NCBI GenBank assembly: GCA_035717985.1
Contig: DASTHW010000006.1
Span: 1 to 48,847 of the forward strand
Direction of reading: 5' to 3'
DNA length: 48,847 nucleotides
DNA from: Candidatus Saccharimonadales bacterium
Lineage (GTDB): Bacteria > Patescibacteriota > Saccharimonadia > Saccharimonadales > UBA10212
Shown: one piece after another, positions 44,001-48,847 of the stretch
How positions within the stretch are numbered: position 1 is the stretch's first letter
Layout of the letters: the number at the start of each line of letters is the position of its first letter
Program-made: the position numbers and the translations under genes
Notes under the pieces: generated by a model
Told to the model about the DNA's origin: nothing
Database searches by the model: none
What the model saw: only the letters and a program-made list of their open reading frames with translations

Positions 44001-47000
44001 TAGCTCACGGCACCGCCAACCGAACTCCACGAGATAAGGTTGTTATTCCCAGCGGTTAGGGTGGTATTGCCCAAGCTAGTAGTCCCCGCTGGTGACATAG
44101 GCCCTTCATCTCCGTAACTGTCAACCGCGGTAATTGCGTAGTCCCAGCGCTGGGAGCCGCCGGTTCCTTGGGGGGTTACAGTGGGAGCCGCGGGAATGGA
44201 AGGCTGGCTTGTGTCGCCGCCAATCACCACTTTACCTGCTAGACTAGCAGAGCCGGAAATACCTAGATCGCCAGCCGTTTGTATATTCTGGCCCACCTGT
44301 AGAGCACCCTGCACATTAAAGTCACCAGCAATCTGAGCATTTGTATCAACTTGTAACGACCCAACCTCCGCACCGCCAGCCTCTAGCTGTTGGGTATAGG
44401 TACCGCCAAGATCGTACACGTTAAGCTTACTGCCACTCCCTACTACATAGGCATATCTACCAGAAATGTATAATCCTTGTGGCGATGAAAGATTAGTGTC
44501 TGGGTTTTGAGTTAATAAATTCGGAGCGGCTGGATTAGAGATATCATAAACCACCAGTTTGTTATTGCCGCTACTGGCAACGTAGGCATAGCGACCTTGG
44601 ACATAGACAGAACTTGGGCTACTTAAAGTTGTATCAGAATTGTTTACGCAACTCATGCTATATGGATTAGAAATATTGCAGACTGCTAATTTACTATTCC
44701 CGGCGTTGGTTATATAAGCATAGTTACCCTGAACGTATATACTGTTCGGAGCTGATATAATACCCCCGCTATAATTACTCAGCCAGGTTGGATTGTGAGG
44801 ATTACTGATATCGTAAGTGGCGATTACATTGTTATTGGTGCCGGTAACAAACGCATATCGTCCTTGGACGTAAACAGAGCTAGGGCCACTTATTTCATCG
44901 TAGCCGGCGCTAGCGGCGATATAAGTAGGGGAGGCTGGGTTGGAGATGTCATAGATCTCTAATTTGTTGTTCCCATAACTGGTTATGTAGGCGTAGTGGC
45001 CGGATACTTTAACGCTAGTTGGTTCATTTAAGTTAGAGTCAGAATTTTCGCCTATGAAAGTTGGTGTAGTCGGCTTCGTAATATCATAAACATCCAGCTT
45101 ATTGTTAGAATAGTTGGCTACGTAAGCGTACCTACCCTGCACATATACACTCTTAGGGTTATTTAGTTTTGTGTCTGAGTTCTGACCGATATATGTCGGC
45201 GCCATTCCCCCTACATACACCTGCCCTACAGCAGTTCCTAATGAGCCTACCGAGACCCTCATATTTGTAGTGTCAGCCGTTATTAAAGAGCTCCCCGTAG
45301 AATTCTGAACTTGGAAGGCTGAGGCGGAGTCAGCAAGTGGCTTGAATAAGGCCGAGCCATCAGACCCTACAGAGAAGGTGCCAAGATTAATGGCCTTGGC
45401 ATATATCTGGCCATAGGGATTCGTAACTGTGCCGATGGAGGAGCCACTTATCATATATCCTGGGCTACTATCAGCTGTAGTACGAAAGGCGAATTTCAAG
45501 TCAAGGTTAGTGGCGTCATAGTAGCTGATTCTGGCAAAGCCGTCTGAGCCAATAGCCATAGAAGCCTCTTGGCCAACATTCCCTACAGTGTCGACGGTAG
45601 TGATATTATGCGTTGAACATGTGGCGTTGGTGCACTGGGCGAACCTAAGATCGGCATCAGGAAGTCCGTCCCAATAAGCAATTCTTGCAAAACCATCAGA
45701 GCCCATCCCGATGGAGGAAAACAGACCGTCACTTCCCGATGCATCTACGGTGATAATGTTGCTAGTGGTACAAGTGGCGTTGGTGCACTGGGCGAACTTA
45801 AGGGCGGCGTTGGTGTTATCGTAGTAACTAATTCTAGCAAAACCATCAGAGCCGAGAGCAATGGAGGTGTTATCACCGACATTTCCAGTTGTATCAACGC
45901 TGGTGATATTGCTGATAGTACAGGCGGCGTTGGTGCACTGGGCGAACTTAAGATCGCCATTAGTGTTGTCGTAATAGCTGATTCTGGCAAAGCCATCAGA
46001 GCCGAGAACCATTGAAACCCCTTGTCCAACATCGCCAGTAGAGTCAACTGTTCTGATGTTGCTAGTAGTACAGGCGTCGTTGGTGCACTGGGCGAACTTA
46101 AGAACGCCGCTTGAACCGTTATTGTCATAATAGGCAATCCTGGCAAAGCCATCTGGACCCACGGCAATTGATGTAGGTCCAGGTATGATAAGGCCGGTAT
46201 CAACGGTAGTTATGTTAAATGTTGTGCAGGCGGCGTTGATGCACCGGGCGAATTTAAGGTAGCCATTAGTGACATCGTAGTAGCTTATTCTGGCGAAACC
46301 GTCTGAGCCAATTGCTATGGACGTATACCGTCCGACGTTCCCAGATGTATCTACGGTGGTAATGTTGCTGGTGGTACAGGCGGCGTTGGTGCACTGGGCG
46401 AACTTAAGATCGCCATTAGTGTTGTCGTAATAGCTGATTCTGGCAAAGCCATCAGAGCCGAGAGCAATGGATGAATAGTTCCCAACGTCTCCAGTTGTAT
46501 CTACAGAAGTCAGTGAGTTATGTCCTGCACTGCCCGGGTTTTGGGCGGCTAGGGTAGCAGTTATTATTTGAGTATTCTGAGTATCCGCCGTCAGTATCGC
46601 TGAACCTGATGAATTTTGTACCTGAAAAGCAGTAGCGGAATTGGTGGTGGTCTTGATTGAGGTTTCGCCCTTGTCGCTGACATTGAATAGCGCAGTGCCT
46701 AACGTGGTGTTGTTGACAGCTTTATCCCGTACAGCAAACAGCGAAGCGCCAGTTATAGAAGCACTCGACTTGTTCTGGATGTCTACTCCGGTCGTGTTAG
46801 TAACCGCACCAATGACTATCTCCGGAGTAGTGCCGGCCGCAGAAGCATCATAGGCCTGCTGTAAGGTAGTAGAATTACCACCGCACGAAGCATCAGTCTT
46901 ATTACATAGAACCTTAACCACCCCATTCTCTACTATAGAAACTTTTCCAGTAGTGGAGTTATAGAACAAACCGCCGTTTAGGGAGGCTAAGTTAGTGGTC

Positions 47001-48847
47001 GGGTCAGCAGTGGCAGAGTCAAGGACTAGGACAGTAGTATTAGTATCTGTGCCTGTGCTATTCCCTACTTTCAAGATATTACCGGCTACCCCAGCCGCGC
47101 GGGTCAGAGTGTTGGCGGCCAATAGACTTGCGCCAGAAGAATCCTGCACCTGAAAGGCGGTGGTGCTATTGGCGGCGTTACGGAAGCTGGCATCACCGTT
47201 TTCAGTCAATGGTTGATTAGAGTAGGTGTTCCCACCAGTTGTAGCATCATTAATGCTAGCGGCATAGGTGCCGTCACCCAGTAAGTGGTTAGATGCTAGG
47301 TAGTTACCCGTACTACCAGCGTCAGAGATATTAATGGCGTAGCAAGTGGTGGTACAGGAAGTGTCAGTGATGTCATTGCTGGTGATGGAGTTTTTAGTAG
47401 AGGAGGAGCTTAGGTAAATGCCATTATTGTTGGTGCTACCGCCATTATCGTGAACTTTATTGGACGAGACAGTATTATTGGAGGAATTATTGAAACTTAT
47501 ACCAATGCTACCGTTGCCCTGGGCGGTATTGCCGGTAATGGTGTTGTTAGAGGAGGAGGAAGAGAGATCAATGCCTCCAAGATTGCCCTGGGCGGTATTG
47601 CCGGTAATGGTGTTGTTAGAGGAGGAAGAAGAAAGTTCAATGCCCTCGCTACCATTGCCCTGGGCGGTATTGCCGGTAATGGTGTTGTTAGAGGAGGAAG
47701 AGAAAAGCTCAATACCGTATAGGCCGTTGCCCTGGGCGGTATTGCCGGTAATGGTGTTGTTAGAGGAGGAAGAGAAAAGGTAGACTCCAGAACCAACGTT
47801 GCCCTCGGCAATGTTACCCGTGACAGTATTATTCGAGGAGGAGAAAGCCATATAAATGCCCGAGCCACCGTTGCCCTGGGCGGTATTGCCGGTAATGGTG
47901 TTGTTAGAGGAGGAAGAAAGGTAAACGCCTCCAGCATTGCTGTATAAATTTTTGACTACTATATTAGTAATTTTGCCGCCGTCTCTGGCGCTACTACCAG
48001 AACCACTGCCCATATGATTGAAATAGACGCCGTAAAAAAAGCCAGCCGACTGGTTTGATTTATTCCCATCAATCAATAGGTTCTGGATGTTGATATGGGT
48101 ACCAGTAGTAGTATCTGAGTTAGTAATAGCGTAGTAAGTTCCGGAGCCAACATTGTCGGCAAACTTAATGATGGTTCCCTCTCCAACACCTTGTAGAGTG
48201 ACATTATTAGGGATAGTTATAGCGTTCGTAGAGATTATGTAGGTTCCCTCTTCCAGGTAGACCATCCCTCCGCCGGCTGAACCAACTGCCTTTAGGGCGG
48301 CATTGATGGTATTGGGAGTGGAGCCGTCAGTAGCACCAGCCGCATCAGTACAGGAAGTTACTACATAATCGGCTCCATCTGGATTTTGGCTGGCTACTGG
48401 GGATGTACCGGTACAGCCGGTAGCCGTGCCCATAGCGACTATCTTAGTGGAGGTAGTTCTATCCCCTATCCACTTACTACCGTTATATTGAACTAGTTGG
48501 TTAGTAGAGGTGTCATAGTAAAGAGTTCCTTTGGTTGGGGAAGCTGGGCGGGAGGCGGTGGTGCCGCCGGCCATGGTGATGGTTTGGTTAGCGGCTACGG
48601 AGATACCGCCATTGGCAGTTATTAATCCAGAGGAAGTAAGAGTAGATACGGTTACGCCACTAGAAGCTACTTGCAGGTACTTAGTAGAGCCGCCATTACT
48701 CTGGATAGTGAATAGATTGCCCACCAGTGGAGTAGCATTATCCTGGACTACCAGTCCCCCTGCTCCAGGAGAAGAATCTAGAGTTATTTGGGGGGAGGTG
48801 GTGCTATAGTCATAGGCTTGTTGCAGAGTGGTGCTACCACCTACTCC
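41075..48847 (-). CDS. Giant multidomain surface protein (>2591 aa, start beyond the right edge): beta-helix, 7-blade 'GFARI' propeller, two LVIVD propellers, Fn3-like domains, shaft repeats
   Basis: Frame is open from 48847 (GVGGSTTLQQAYDYSTTSPQITLDSSPGAGGLVVQDNATPLVGNLF...), so the ORF-track start at 48724 is internal; 7 x 'SDGFARISYYD...KFAQCTNAAC'; 6 + 7 LVIVD blades; 'SSNNTITGNTAQGN' coils. Confidence 0.93.
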   Translation of the reverse strand, partial: GVGGSTTLQQAYDYSTTSPQITLDSSPGAGGLVVQDNATPLVGNLFTIQSNGGSTKYLQVASSGVTVSTLTSSGLITANGGISVAANQTITMAGGTTASRPASPTKGTLYYDTSTNQLVQYNGSKWIGDRTTSTKIVAMGTATGCTGTSPVASQNPDGADYVVTSCTDAAGATDGSTPNTINAALKAVGSAGGGMVYLEEGTYIISTNAITIPNNVTLQGVGEGTIIKFADNVGSGTYYAITNSDTTTGTHINIQNLLIDGNKSNQSAGFFYGVYFNHMGSGSGSSARDGGKITNIVVKNLYSNAGGVYLSSSSNNTITGNTAQGNGGSGIYMAFSSSNNTVTGNIAEGNVGSGVYLFSSSSNNTITGNTAQGNGLYGIELFSSSSNNTITGNTAQGNGSEGIELSSSSSNNTITGNTAQGNLGGIDLSSSSSNNTITGNTAQGNGSIGISFNNSSNNTVSSNKVHDNGGSTNNNGIYLSSSSTKNSITSNDITDTSCTTTCYAINISDAGSTGNYLASNHLLGDGTYAASINDATTGGNTYSNQPLTENGDASFRNAANSTTAFQVQDSSGASLLAANTLTRAAGVAGNILKVGNSTGTDTNTTVLVLDSATADPTTNLASLNGGLFYNSTTGKVSIVENGVVKVLCNKTDASCGGNSTTLQQAYDASAAGTTPEIVIGAVTNTTGVDIQNKSSASITGASLFAVRDKAVNNTTLGTALFNVSDKGETSIKTTTNSATAFQVQNSSGSAILTADTQNTQIITATLAAQNPGSAGHNSLTSVDTTGDVGNYSSIALGSDGFARISYYDNTNGDLKFAQCTNAACTTSNITTVDTSGNVGRYTSIAIGSDGFARISYYDVTNGYLKFARCINAACTTFNITTVDTGLIIPGPTSIAVGPDGFARIAYYDNNGSSGVLKFAQCTNDACTTSNIRTVDSTGDVGQGVSMVLGSDGFARISYYDNTNGDLKFAQCTNAACTISNITSVDTTGNVGDNTSIALGSDGFARISYYDNTNAALKFAQCTNATCTTSNIITVDASGSDGLFSSIGMGSDGFARIAYWDGLPDADLRFAQCTNATCSTHNITTVDTVGNVGQEASMAIGSDGFARISYYDATNLDLKFAFRTTADSSPGYMISGSSIGTVTNPYGQIYAKAINLGTFSVGSDGSALFKPLADSASAFQVQNSTGSSLITADTTNMRVSVGSLGTAVGQVYVGGMAPTYIGQNSDTKLNNPKSVYVQGRYAYVANYSNNKLDVYDITKPTTPTFIGENSDSNLNEPTSVKVSGHYAYITSYGNNKLEIYDISNPASPTYIAASAGYDEISGPSSVYVQGRYAFVTGTNNNVIATYDISNPHNPTWLSNYSGGIISAPNSIYVQGNYAYITNAGNSKLAVCNISNPYSMSCVNNSDTTLSSPSSVYVQGRYAYVASSGNNKLVVYDISNPAAPNLLTQNPDTNLSSPQGLYISGRYAYVVGSGSKLNVYDLGGTYTQQLEAGGAEVGSLQVDTNAQIAGDFNVQGALQVGQNIQTAGDLGISGSASLAGKVVIGGDTSQPSIPAAPTVTPQGTGGSQRWDYAITAVDSYGDEGPMSPAGTTSLGNTTLTAGNNNLISWSSVGGAVSYNIYRTYATGGNPSSTGWVGNTSGTTFNDTGINLVGSLSSPPQLKVLGQSQFITKTNSTSGFTLQNSSGATLLTGDTSNMRISVDVIYNQMSSPGTLTLTQSAGGSLTALAKYYYEVTAIDSAGGETSTFDENTTTLTSGNQTIGISWTAVTGASGYRIYRSAANGVAGSEVYLTTVLSSSFTDNGSITAGTATPPTSSSAYTSSNKSNSSLQLSVGGLGTPTGQVYVSGTQPKLVGSMLKGSYVVSSFVVGRYLYSIDNTGNKFYVTDISNPIAPIVVATSTTGINSPYQVYVQGQYAYIVNNGSGTLAIYNISVPTSPSYLGSVSIGSAPQDIYIRGQYAYITVAGSPAIEVYNISNPSSPVALGSLSMASFPGNIYVAGNYAYVTSGSPHTLSIIDISNPNSLSLAGSISTGLSNPFGVYVKGHYAYVTSQSGALYVIDVSTPSSPSLVTTLTTGLSGSDGITIQGRYAYIASIGNDTLTVVDISNPYSPVFVTASGSAPGIVDVSVEGRYAYASADANGLYVFDLGGTYTQQLEAGGAEFGTLAVDSNMQTAGDASVAGGLSVGGGVDVNGNLGLNGYYLQTAGSSASAFLIQNGSNAKELALDTSGAQPALKVYDGTGTNYASISYSGGTAIFAASSGTTQVGSGTGTVTVALSGQTDQLVGSKNFTTASTISYTTNDFDFSRTVSAGAGSTLQGSVMRVQDLSPTGLANTANVLLLNQSDSAATGYLINAQSASSTVLSVDNSGKLAFWNGANNVSIQAAGGTTQYAITLPGSSGSANQCLMNTGTPGVLTWGACGGGSSTATVTLAPEYVNAVMTPNNNTGNTHTGSMTSDFCSGSSLLNIIPSPNPCGASDQHSYYSWTESIAGTNDYDIFVQWRAPTDFSSFNSITFNGWTSTTSDLAKITIYKGSTACGTAGTVSTTATWGTANPGFGSCTVNAGDTIVLDVSLKVAASGDYARAGEINIIYNRK
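45918..46463. repeat. Identical 90-bp direct repeats (45918-46007 and 46374-46463) in the GFARI propeller
   Basis: gtacaggcggcgttggtgcactggg...catcagagccgaga at both sites. Confidence 0.9.
47445..47920. repeat. 69-72-bp coding tandem repeat (beta-helix coils) with an identical 44-bp core
   Basis: Core ttgccctgggcggtattgccggtaatggtgttgttagaggagga at 47514, 47583, 47655, 47727, 47871; diverged copy at 47799. Confidence 0.92.

Noticed and set aside
47445-47920. CRISPR array (44-bp repeat with unique spacers)
   Set aside because: Periods are multiples of 3 (69/72 bp) inside an open reading frame encoding beta-helix coils; the repeat is not palindromic, and there is no leader or cas gene.
48724-48724. 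ORF-track start of the 2549-aa protein
   Set aside because: The frame stays open to the window edge and continues a recognisable paralogous module; the true start is outside the window.
33746-48847. Diversity-generating retroelement (TR/VR pair)
   Set aside because: No reverse transcriptase in the window; duplicated blocks are identical or differ without adenine-specific bias, and all lie in frame within CDSs. A DGR elsewhere in the genome cannot be excluded.
26177-48847. Prophage tail-fibre region
   Set aside because: No capsid, terminase, integrase or lysis genes; the proteins have signal peptides or TM anchors and host-type promoters.
1-48847. Alternative genetic code (UGA = Gly, code 25)
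   Set aside because: All conserved genes and the >6-kb ORFs are uninterrupted under code 11, and UGA appears as a normal stop (e.g. the ATGA overlap at 39769).

Overview
Chromosomal window from a small-genome, host-associated bacterium, most likely Saccharibacteria (Patescibacteria/CPR). This is inferred from tandem DUF5663-like genes, short IF2 and S1 proteins, a KGG-repeat gene and the style of the giant surface proteins; standard code 11 fits. The central ~24 kb is housekeeping: rplU, ileS, nrdJ/nrdR, ftsZ/ftsA, map, adk, yqeY, rpsU, priA-def-fmt, infB, rpsA, a ROK kinase and an HExxH peptidase. It is flanked by four giant, minus-strand, Cys/Gly/Ser/Thr-rich surface proteins: >742 aa running off the left edge, ~2238 aa, 2008 aa, and >2591 aa running off the right edge. 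Best observations: (1) three of the giants share a repeated shaft unit, and in two of them beta-propeller and beta-helix domains sit like cassettes between conserved flanking motifs; (2) the 2008-aa protein has exactly 3 x 6 Kelch-like blades, each with a disulfide-closed hypervariable loop on a DNA-homogenised scaffold; (3) a complete actinobacterial-type ileS T-box riboswitch (ultrashort stem I, AUC specifier, UGGUACC bulge); (4) tandem NrdR boxes over the nrdR promoter; (5) at least five apparently leaderless genes; (6) a recurring TTAACAGATW promoter-region motif; (7) an 8-bp CG-rich tandem repeat at the 5' end of one giant gene. No rRNA, tRNA, CRISPR array, transposase, integrase or reverse transcriptase was seen. 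All domain names come from motif recognition by eye, not database searches.
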